A DNA stretch of 64,000 nucleotides from Trichoplax sp. H2 (Eukaryota), in assembly GCA_003344405.1 (NCBI GenBank), contig NOWV01000030.1, positions 62,001 to 126,000 on the forward strand. Direction: 5' to 3'. Positions 53,030 through 64,000 of this stretch are shown piece by piece. Under the pieces are notes generated by a model, which ran no database searches, was not told where the DNA came from, and worked only from the letters and a program-made list of their open reading frames with translations. The position numbers were made by a program, and so were the translations under genes. Every line of letters starts with the position of its first letter. Positions within the stretch are counted from its first letter, which is position 1.

Positions 53030-53398
53030 AGCGCTACCGTCTCCACTGTATAGTCTTATGATTTGAAAACTGGGATAGAATGAATAATAACAACTAGACT
53101 AAAATTGGACGGAAAATATCTTTTTATTTCGTCACTTTGGCTTTGGTCATGACAGGTTTCAGTCCATTGAATTTTTGATAAGTTTCAGTGAAAGTGGATG
53201 ATCTCAGACTCTGCGCTACCGTCTCCACTGTATAGTCTTACGATTTGAAGACTGGGATAAAATGAACAATAACAATTAGACTAAAATTGGATGGAAAATA
53301 TCTTTTATTTCGTCAATTTGGCTTTGGCTATGACAGATTTCAGTCCATTAAATTTGGGGATAATTTTCAGTGAAAGTTGATGATCTCAGACTCTGCGT
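53030..53398. repeat. Head-to-tail duplication of about 182 bp
   Basis: gcgctaccgtctccactgtatagtctta...gatgatctcagactctgcg occurs at 53031 and 53213. Confidence 0.95.
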
Positions 53399-55799
53399 GA
53401 CGCAAATGGGAAAGCAATAATCGCCAAAGAACAAGGAAACCCTTTTAAGTATGAGTCGACGTACAGTAGTGAACGCTGTACGTCGACAGTCATTAGTGAG
53501 TCACTTCTGACGAGTGACTGCTTTTTGTTTTCCTCAATGACAGAACAATAGACTACTGTACTGTGACGCGAATGAAATAATAATGCACAATGCAAGGTAT
53601 TGTACTGTACATTGTGCAATTGTAGGTACAATGTCGAGTTGAAGAGTGAACGGTGAAGCTGAACAAGTCAACATGTAGTGGTGTGTGACATCTCCACTGT
53701 CACGTCCATCTCCAGTCATTCTCCTCAAGCCAAGCGAGGGAAGACACAGGCTGTCAAAATTCTTCGTCCCTCCATCATTCCTTGATGCCTGTCGTGGAGA
53801 CAACAACGACTGTCCTCAATCAGTATGGCAGTGTATTCTAGAGTTTATTGCAGCCATGACAAGCAGTAACATGGCAATCTATTAGTACACTAAGTTAACA
53901 AGCAGATAGTCGTAGTCTTGTAGTGTAGATATTAAAAAGAAAGGATGAATGAATAAATCAATAATTCCATGATAAAAAATTGCCTATGCCCACATTAATA
54001 GCATAATGAGAAGGATGACCAAGATTGAGCAAACAAATAAATGATTAATATTCACCGTGTTAAGCCTACGTATCAAATTAAAAATACGAGTATGAAACGA
54101 CAAGCAGAATGAATGATTCAATCCATGGTAATATTTCAACTAGGTTTTGATTAACTGATAACAGTAGTGTAGATGAGCTAGAGTAGATCCGGTTGGAAAA
54201 CAACGGATGCCGGGTCTGTACATTTACTAATAGTAAGTTGTCAAAAATCACTTATGATAAACCAAGCCCTACGCACTTGATCTTTTACACGTTTTCTGCA
54301 CTGTAAAATCGAGAAAACGCCATGATTGTAACCTACTACTACTACTATTCCTGTTCAAGATGTAATGACTGAATTCATCATTACCTATTTCATATTTAGA
54401 ATATGAAGATTTCAGGTAAAATCAGTTTGAATAATTTCCTTATTAAAAGCCCCCAAACTCAAAGTTAAAATTCTGTATATTCAGTAGTAATTACTGCAGA
54501 CAATATACAGTAATGGCATTATTCGCCCTAAGCGTTAATTGCTGTCAAACACCTAGTGCGATTCCTACATGATTTCAACACGTATTCTCAATACTTTCCC
54601 TTCATGGAGTCACAGCGGCGTTTTAAACTGTAAATAAAAAATATTATTTCAATTTTAAAAGTCCATGGTACAATATAAGCGCCATCTTCTAACCTATCCT
54701 ACTTTTGGCTCCACTGTACAGTACTGTATGCTATTGTAGTAGCAGCCAACAATATCCTGCGACCCCATCCCAAGCAATGTATACTATCTACTTGCACAGC
54801 AGTTGTCTAAATGTCTCAACAGAAAACAAAGCATGGCCTTCAAAAAAAATCTCGTACAATGCCGTGCCGGTATCATATGCAAATTAACTTCACAGGATAT
54901 ACTGTCGAACCAAAATACCAAGCAAACGGTTATCCTCGTGTCAACAATCCATGCATGATTTTTACCTTAAGCTAGCCTTTACTTGTTAATGAATTACAGT
55001 ATGTCAATGAGGTCAACCCTTACCGAAGAATTGCGCCATAATAAATCTTTGTACTATCCATTAGCAATCGACTTGAATTCAACCACAAATAATGCTAACT
55101 TATCTACGGTATTATTGATATTGACTTTCCCTAGAATCAGCAGGAGTAGTCTAAAGTACAGCATGAGCCATTAATCGCTATAAGTAAGCTAGTAAGTAAA
55201 TCAATCAACACAAGAAAGTTTAATATCTGCATACTTCATTTCCATAAACTCAACCCTACTGTGATGCTATCAGAGCTGTGCTGAACCAGTTTTAGAAATG
55301 ATTACCACTACCTAGCAGTACTATTTATCATCATAGCAGAGGACCCTAGAGTACTTGAATTATCATTAACAGCTGTATCTAAATTTTAGACAGTCATGCA
55401 AGTTATATGCTAATCCTTCTAAATAAAAAGAACAGACTACTGTACAGTATAGTAATATGTATAGCATATATATTCCTATAATAATTCTTAATGTAATCTT
55501 GCTTTGCACTAGTTTGGCATTCGAATAATATCCATGAAAGAATTTTATAATTACTTTCAAGATAAATCAAATGGTTAACCACTTACGTAGGTGTGTTTCA
55601 TTGATACAAAGTGATCGTAAATTACCTATCGTATGTAGTGATAATTACCTTCAACTTTAATCAGAATCATAATATATTTAGCCTATACTGTAGTATAGTC
55701 TAAAACAATTGAATCGTAATGTCTCTATCAATAGTCTATGCAATGCAATAAAGGTTAGCGAGGCAATTCTGTACGTTCCATTTGGAGAACGTTACTAAT

Positions 55800-56900
55800 G
55801 CTGAAATTGAAGTTTGCCCTGTCGTAGACCACATTCCAACTAGAATACTACAGTATAATAATACGTACCCACATTCAATATTTAACGAATACGTTATGGA
55901 ATCAGAAAATTCTCAATAGATGAGCACTATAAGAAGCTGAACTCGAAAAGTTACTGTTACCCGACGAGCCCAATTTCTACACAAATAACTGTCTATTTCA
56001 GTATTTGTTGTTAGAAGTAGTAAATGGTACTCTGTTTGCTTAGTCTATTAATTATGAATGTTTTGTCGTGACTTTAGCAAAAATAGGCAGTTATTTACTG
56101 TTAATGAAAGTAAAAAAGTTAAGATGATTACTGTACTCGTATATCGATACATACGTGTATATATACAGTATATATATGAATATGTAGTAGTGAATGAACA
56201 TGCTTTGATAAAAGATAATTATAATTTACTGTAAGGCCGGTTGCGATACTAATTATACTCGTAGTCTATAATCCCAATTGAAATAATTAGAATTAATAGG
56301 ACTAATAAGATATAAATACTGTATATTATCCAGTGTATAAACTACAGTCAAATCTCTAGCCCCTGGTGAAGTACCAACACTTATCTACACACATATAACG
56401 TAGGGTATTACTTTCCGTACGAAGAAAGGCAGTGATTTTAGGCAATGAAGAAAGGATTAAATATGTACTGCACATAGAATATGGATACGATTTTCTAATC
56501 ATACGCGTGCTAAGTAATGGTGTACTCAATAAAATCATAATAACTGGTATATGAATTATACAGCTCCATAAACTTTACCAAAATGGTCACATAAATCCAG
56601 TATCTGGCATAAGATATGCAATGACTTCGAGACAGTACAGCATCTAGTTTTGGATAATTGGATAATAATTTAATTTCTATACCCGTATATAATTTAATAT
56701 AACGTAAAGATTGGAGATAGTCATTATTATAGCATCAGATATAGGGAAAAAATAATTACATTCCGGTACCAATTTATGGGTAAAAATACCAGCGCGTAAG
56801 TCTGCAAGAAGATAATGACCCTGGAATAAAGTTTAGCGAAATAGAGCTTATGAAATATATTTCAATGGTATATCGCCAAGACACATTTTCCACAGTTTAG
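55800..56900 (-). pseudogene. Decayed rhodopsin-class GPCR relic
   Basis: In order: TIEIYFISSISLNFIPG (TM1), YRNVIIFSL frameshifting to ISDAIIMTISNLYV (TM2 SL[A]ISD, about 56768-56700), ILDLCDHFG (TM3 Cys), FIHWIIYSIYILLVLLILIISIGI (TM), ITYSLN (TM7-like). Confidence 0.45.
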
Positions 56901-57199
56901 CACGGATAGGGAGTTGTACAGTGCAGTTAATGACAAATAATACTATAGTGCCTACTATAAACACTGTTACTATGAGAATATAGCCATGGAACCGGCATTA
57001 ATACTGCATGAAATATTATAGCACATAGTAATTTTAGGGTCATATGTTCTAACTAAGCTATACTTTGGGCAATAAACTGGTAATATCCTGCTAAATATAT
57101 CTACTGAACTATAATTTTAGTGACTAGGTATCAATCATGGTATGCTAAACTACCGGTATATCAGATAGGGTATAACCTAATCTACTAAATACATTAAAC

Positions 57200-58300
57200 T
57201 TAATTTAAGCATTGTATGAAATTTCGAGAGCGCTAGAAATCAAGAGAAAATTCCAAGGAATTAACACTACAATAAAATAAAGTCGATAAGGATGCCAATA
57301 CGCAAGATCTAATTCTCACTATAATTCAACATAAGAATAAATTAAATAATGAAGATTGTCATAAGCTATACTAGAATATTAGTGATTCGCTATACCTAAA
57401 AAATCAAATATAGTGCAAATTTTCTATCTTCTACTTAACCATAATGCTCTATAATATATTTAAATCAACATTAATGTATATTTTAAGTATCCGCCTGTAA
57501 ACTAGGACCCGCTCGTATAAGTGAACGGATGCAATATCGAGTCACAAATAAAAGCAGATTGTATTGCATACATTGCGATAAAATAATTTTAAAATTCATA
57601 TTGCTTCCTACCAATATTGGTATCAATGTAGCTAGCAAACCCCAAATGCGCCACAGTAGTAATTCATCTCTAATTGAGCCTTCGTCAAAATCACTGTTGC
57701 TATGGTTACTATATCATTACCGCCTCCTAAAAACTGGCCGCCATTTAACGGTAAACTGGATCATACAATACCGATTACTATGGATATCATTTGAGTGTTA
57801 TAATTGTGATAGTAGAATCTGCTATATACAGATGCATTTGGACTGTTATAAACATTAGCCATCCCAGCTGCTGAATCTGGCAAGAACATTCAAAATTTGA
57901 ACCACTATCAAATAGAGAGAATCTTGGTACTAGTGATTTGGCTTAACAAATAACTTCTAAATATTGGCTGTTATAAACATTAGCCATTCCAGCTGCGAAT
58001 CTGCCAAGAACATTCAAAAATTGAACCATTATCAAACAGGGAGAATCTTGACACTAGCTGATTTTGCTTATAAAACCACTACTAAATATACCCGTATATT
58101 GGAAATACATCCTACGACATGGGTAGACAACATCAATTAGGATGGAGTCCTCTTAACTTATATTAAGAGCCACTACAGCAGTAAATTCAGCCTAAATCTT
58201 AGTATTAGTTTATACACAAACAGCACTCAATAATTGATTTGGTGTATGATGTAATTATGTAGAGACTTTGAATCTCAGCGATTAGTAATATAACTGCCAA
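57200..58300 (-). pseudogene. Decayed rhodopsin-class GPCR relic, tandem with the previous one
   Basis: MISIVIGIV*SSLPLNG (TM4 with TGG>TGA, 57790-57740), LWRIWGLLATLIPILVGSNMNFKII (TM5, about 57656-57582) and LSTLFYCSVNSLEFSLDF*RSRNFIQCL (TM7/helix 8, about 57289-57206). The 5' extent is uncertain. Confidence 0.5.
57838..58090. repeat. Head-to-tail duplication of about 125 bp
   Basis: ctgttataaacattagccat.ccagctgc.gaatctg.caagaacattcaaaa occurs at about 57843 and 57968. Confidence 0.9.
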
Positions 58301-58511
58301 ATTAGATTTGATACCACGACTGCGGTCAAACCTGGATCTAGGAGTCATTCGAAATAAGCCTGAGATTTATACACAATCCAAAAGTAAAAGCAGTACATTT
58401 CTTTCTTGATAGATAGAATCATTCGATTGATTCCATCACAAATAAATTTTTTGCAAAACTATATAATAATAGTAGAAAAATTCCTTGTTGTAACTAACCA
58501 ATCCTTGAGTA

Positions 58512-61500
58512 ATGGATGATAAAAATGATAACAAAGCATGGAAGAGGTATGATCCGCTACATCCGCTTCCCGATAACATCCAGAAAATGGAGAAAGACGA
58601 AACGGTATGTCAATATTGTGGCGTAAGTTATCTTATTCATCATGAAATGAAGAAATTACAGGAAGAAGTAGAAAGTCTTAGAAATCAATTAGAATTCTAT
58701 CAAGGATCGGATGAGCGCGAAAGACAATTAAAATCAGAAATTGAGGATCATAAAAATAGATATAAACAGATTGAAAATCACCTAGAAGAGATTAATCGAA
58801 AGTAGGCAAACTTTTGTAGCTTATAAGCATCAATATGAAAATTTTAGATAGCATAACACAGATTGAAACAGACGCAATTTGACTTATTCATAGATAGAAT
58901 GCTATTATATCAACTGTGAAGTTCTAACTTATATAATTCATATTCTTGCAAAATATAAGCTATGAAACAACACAATCTGAATTAACTTCAAGACAACAAC
59001 TAGAAACAAAGCTAAAACACTCCAATCGAATATTGCAAAAGAAATTAGATGATTTACTAAAGGAGCATATTGAATTAAAGTAAGATTTGCAAACTGATAA
59101 TCTCATATTAAATTTTTACAACCTTTCGAAGGTTTTATAATATACAATTTATTAACTCTCATAAAAATTGTTATTCCAATCTCTGATCATATATTATCGA
59201 AGAAAAAAGCAACAATCATTGAATTACCATCTAACATTATCGAAAGATAGTATTGCTAAGCAGAAAGAGCAATTGAAACTTCTTAAAGACACAAATAGCC
59301 AATGCAATTCAGAAATGAAAACCATGCTACAGTCTGTCAAGCAAGAAATTACCAACTCCGTTTCAGTACTCACTGCAAAATACAGTTGGCAAGAGGAAGA
59401 GTTAAAATCAGTGAAGCAGGCTAAGGACGAAATTGATGTAGAAGGCTTAAACAATCAAATCAAGCAACTTCAAATAAAAGTACAACAACTGCGTAAGGTT
59501 GAAGGTGATAGCCAGGATCTGAAATTAAAATACAATCGAGCAGAATTAGAAATGCAAGGTACATTATTACAATAAAAGTACTGAATTATCTGAAATTTAA
59601 AATTACATTAAGACTTTTATAGTGCGCCATGAGTGAAAATTATAATTAATCAAGTAATTTCTCTAATATTTTATAGCAATGAAAGCAAAATTATCGGACT
59701 TTAAAGACCAAATCAATTTAAAAACTAGCCAAGAAGCCCAACTCCAAGAACAGTTAAGGTACAACAATTTCATAGAAAAGTTTGAAAATTAATTTTACAT
59801 TGAATTTCAAGATATATTTAGCTAGAAAGATTGCTTGCTAAATTGAAATATGATCTTGACGTCTACTTGAATATCAATTCTTTGTAGACTAGAATGTAAC
59901 TATTTACGCGCATTATAGAAAATACTCATAACACCGTATAGATCACATTATTTGCTTTATACGTACTCGCATATGGTATTAACTAAGCAATTACTTTTGA
60001 TAGGCAAATAAATCATCTAAATGATGAAATTAAAAGTCAACTGCAAAAGGAAAAGGACAACCTGAAAGATATACGCCAAAAGTAAGATTAAAAGGAAATA
60101 TACTTATTGTATATCTTTAAGTGGATATTGTTCATGTTACGAATAGACAAGATGAAAATAGCTCTGCTGCACTTTTTATATCCATTACCATGTAATCCAA
60201 AAGTGAATAATCATTATAGACATCTAGAGGAAACCGAGGATATCAGGAGAAAACTTAGTGAAGCTTCGGAAACTATTCAGACTCTGAAGGAACAGAGAGG
60301 AGAACACGAAAAGGTCCAATATGAATTTAAATTGAAAGCGTCTCAATCTGAAAAGGAGCATCAGGTTAGTACCATGTAATTTCAAGTATTTACTTTTTGG
60401 TTTTGGTTTAAATATAGGCCATAATAATTATGATTTCATTTATAATAATAGTTTTGAATCTTATTTTATATCTATTTTAAATCTCTCTTTTGCAGACTGT
60501 ACTCGATTTATTAAAGAAAGGAGAAAATGAAGTACAATATCTGACACTTGAAAGGTATTTAAATACCGGTATATGACAAATCTTTGAGGATTATTGTTTA
60601 AGAAAAAGAAGTCATCAAATCTCTATAAAGTTTTAAAATCTAAATAGAAATAGTTTAATTATACTAAGCATTCTTGCAGTAAGCTGAAGCATATAATTAC
60701 TTAGAGTATATCTCCCAAGGTAGTATTTTATTTCGTCTAGAGAGAAAATGATTCAATCTCATCAAAACCAAATACAGCAATTACGTGAAACCTACTCAGA
60801 AAAGTTAAAATTGTCCGAATCATCGATAACTAAGGTAATGAAATATTGATATACTGTAAGAGTGATAGAAGCTGTCATTTATATATAAAAATATTAACAT
60901 ATGATCAAATCAATTTTCCTTAGATGACAGAAAGTCTACAGCAAGAGAAAAATAATTTCCATCAAAAACAAATCGAGTTAGAAAATCGCTTGCAATCTAA
61001 ATTTCAAGGAGAACTTGAAACCATTGAAAAGTGCCACCAAGAAGCTATTGATAGCTATAAAGATGAAATAAAAACGTTAAAATTAAAGGTATACCTAGAC
61101 TTATGATAATAATTATGAAAGCCAAAGAAATCTATTATACACAATGAAATCTGTTTTAGACAGCGTTATAAATCTATCGGAATTAAAATAGAGTTAACTA
61201 TTTACGTAATTCATCAAATGATCTCTGATTTTATTTACAAATATATAGCTCGATAGCAAACCTACCTTGGACCCAAAGAAGTATAATGAAGAAGTATCTT
61301 TATTAGAGAATTTACTCCAAAAGGAAAAATCAAAAATAGCTTCTGAAAAAGATGCCAATAATGAAGTCATTAAAGATATGGCAGCTGTAGCTGCAAAGCT
61401 TAAACGTGAGCTTGACCATGTTAAAGCAGTGGCACAAATTGAATCTGAAAAGCAACAAACAACTATCCAATCACTAACTGGTGAGCTCGATGCGATTCAA

Positions 61501-62059
61501 ATTCGATGTCGTAGCCAACAAGAAGATCTTAAGAAAGCAGAGGGCGAGGTACCCAATTTAGTTACAATCATTTCAAGAACGATTCTTTTTTCACGCATAA
61601 CTATATCATAGCCCACTCATAAGACTATTACCTCTCAGTAAATGCATTTGACTATTGCAGATTAAATTTTTGCAAGATACTGTTCAACACGAATGTGAAG
61701 AGAGATTTGATCTAGCTGAAGCGTTAAGTTCAGCTAGAGTAGAATTGGCAACATTAAAACGAGGATCAAAGATTGGAGCTGCTCGCGATGCTGTTGATCC
61801 TTTAACCGATCACGCTTCTTATATTCCAACAAGATCGTCGAAAACTGACTACAACACTGCTGTCAATAATATCACTAAAGCCACTGGTATTGCAGTAGAT
61901 GATAGTGTAATATATGCCAGGCCACCATCATCATCAAGATCCAATAAAACACCGAGAAGAAATAATCAAAGTAATGTCGATGACGAAAGAAGGCGAATAG
62001 CAGATGCAGTTAGACGTCATTCAGCGGAAAACAAGAACGCTAGTGGAAGGCGATTATAA
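58512..62059 (+). CDS. LEKR1: Leucine-, glutamate- and lysine-rich coiled-coil protein 1, about 11 exons
   Basis: N-terminal HPLPDNIQKMEKDETVCQYCGVSYLIHHE and C-terminal LQDTVQHECEERFDLAEALSSAR signatures, with E/K/Q-rich coiled-coil exons between. Not all internal junctions were checked. Confidence 0.88.
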
Positions 62060-62739
62060 ATTGTTTTATAATCATAAATAGAATCTATTTCAACTTATGA
62101 ATTCATTCGCTTGTGGTTATCTAGCACATTTTCCATAGCTCTATTTACAGTCCGTTTTGAAATTCCTGTAATCGAACTTTTTCGAGCTTAAATTGCAAAC
62201 TGAATTTATCAAAGATGCCCTCTCTTGTTACATCAAAAAATTCATCGGTAGTACAATTAATAGAAAATAGAAAATGGGCATAAACAGATTCATAAACTAA
62301 ACAAGATTGAGAAAACTATGCTCTACCAATTGCTATTACTTTGCTTCAACTATGCATATATATCTACTGTATTTACTTGTTAGAAATCTGTATTTTCAAC
62401 CTTAAATTTATCATGAACTTACATGTACAGGATTATATTTTATTTTGGTTTTATACTTATGATACTTTGTATTATAGAAATTTGAAAATAATCTCCAATT
62501 CTACGTACACAGTAATTATTTTATCCTATTCGTAGTATAATAAATAAAAGGAAAGTTACTATCAAGGCTGTATGAACATCCAAAAGTGCTAAAACTTTCA
62601 TATATTGCAAATGGCGTACACCTTTTTTATCTAAGCTTAATAATAATGATACTGATATCAAACTATTTTATGGCTTATGTAGAAGCAGAAAGTATTTTCA
62701 TCAATGCTATCATATCAGATATCTACGGCATCTACTAAA

Positions 62740-63860
62740 ATGGAACCCTACCAAGTCACTATAATCTTGATCTCAAGAGAATTGCGATCAATATCCTACC
62801 AGATATCAATTCTACCACAATATAGAGTATTATTCAATGATGGCTATTGGTCTTTATAATGTGGTAACCGCCAAGTTATTCTATACACTTTCTGGCAACG
62901 ATAATTAAGCATAAAGTTTATACACCTGTTCCATCGCGATATTACTCGTGATCCTTATGTTTGGAATACGTGCATTGAAGACAGTCTATTTACCCGCAAT
63001 TAGTTTATATTATCATAAAGCTACTTATATTAATATACTGTATAATTTACTGATTATACGTGGATTGTGTCTAGCTTTGTTATAGGTTTAACGCTTAATC
63101 GTGCAAAATACTCCTTTACGTTAGCTTGAGCAGCAATTTAGTCGAAGGAAGTACGTTGTGCACCGAAAATGAACAACCGATATAAATTGCTCATTTTGTT
63201 GCGTCATTTCTTACGCTGATTTAATAGCTAGCCATTCTTTCCTGTACTAGTCAATTTTCTTATCATTGAAAATTAATCCATTACTATCCAAACTAATCCA
63301 TTAGAAAGGACACTTTATTTTACATGAAGACAGTTTACTGATAGGCCAGCGATCGATTGTCGTCTAATTTCTAATGGTAATTGCACTGCCGATCGATAGA
63401 AAAGAATTCTTCTTTATCCAGGATACTTTAATAGAAGGTACTCTGAAGTTTTATTCCGCTAGAATAGATACTTTACTTTACCCAAATATTAGCAAGAATT
63501 GTTTACTCGATTCTATTTACGATAATAGGAATTTAATTTACTGTTACGGTACATGAGTAAACTTTTTCAGCATAAACTGTAAACACATTTTACTTTTTCT
63601 CTCTATTCTAAGCAAATATTGATTTAAAATTCTATATGTCCTAATACCTATGATCGACATTTATCGTGCCAATCGAACATTGCTTACTAGCAAGTCACTG
63701 TAGCTGGTAGCAATCGATTTCATGTTGATAATATAGGATGCAATGGTGCTTTGGAGATTCTATATCTAGTCAATGCATTGCTAATGATATTTACTTATTC
63801 CATCTCTTTGATCCTATTTCTTCCGAGTAATAAATTTCGGCAATTCTCGATTGGCTAGAT
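62740..63860 (+). pseudogene. Decayed rhodopsin-class GPCR relic
   Basis: In order: IEYYSMMAIGL / CGNRQVILYTF (TM1 GN, about 62822-62890), CSIAI..D.LMFGI (TM2, about 62925-62970), VSSFVIGLTLNR (TM3 end, about 63067-63102), ILYVLIPM (TM6-like), LLMIFTYSISLILFLPSNKFRQ (TM7/H8, about 63778-63843). Many stops and frameshifts. Confidence 0.45.
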
Positions 63861-64000
63861 CGAATACTCATCGTAAAGAGAGCAACTTTTTCTTTCCCTG
63901 ACCCCTAATGCGTGGATCGATCAAGAAAAAATTGGGAGATATTTTATATGTATTAAAGTAATCACCGATGAGAATAACTTGTTCCTCATCTTAGTGGAGA

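Noticed and set aside
54900..55350. Possible eighth GPCR relic (LLTSL/YSD on the minus strand)
   Set aside because: Only one motif-like fragment; no convincing TM1 or TM3 in order.

Overview
AT-rich, intron-rich animal genomic DNA with short GT-AG introns and two 20-N gaps. Gene content, compactness and the pervasive CAGTA/TACTG motif suggest a placozoan such as Trichoplax; this is inference, not verified. By hand-splicing I reconstructed ten protein genes: NOP2 (-), SFT2D3-like (+), TMEM26 (-), VAMP/synaptobrevin (+), intronless PHF10 (-), TMEM222 (+), an ankyrin-SOCS box protein (-), a 303-aa orphan (+), DISP3/PTCHD2 (-) and LEKR1 (+). Main observations: (1) an 80-nt U12-type AT-AC intron in NOP2; (2) about seven heavily decayed, apparently intronless rhodopsin-class GPCR relics in spacers and one intron, not evident as GPCRs in the ORF track; (3) a hairpin-bearing minisatellite array ending just upstream of the VAMP start codon; (4) many short head-to-tail duplications; (5) an 81-bp VNTR assembled twice across a gap with different copy numbers. 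I saw no prokaryotic-type system, CRISPR array, tRNA, rRNA or intact transposon. All calls are by eye with no database searches, and repeat and pseudogene boundaries are approximate.
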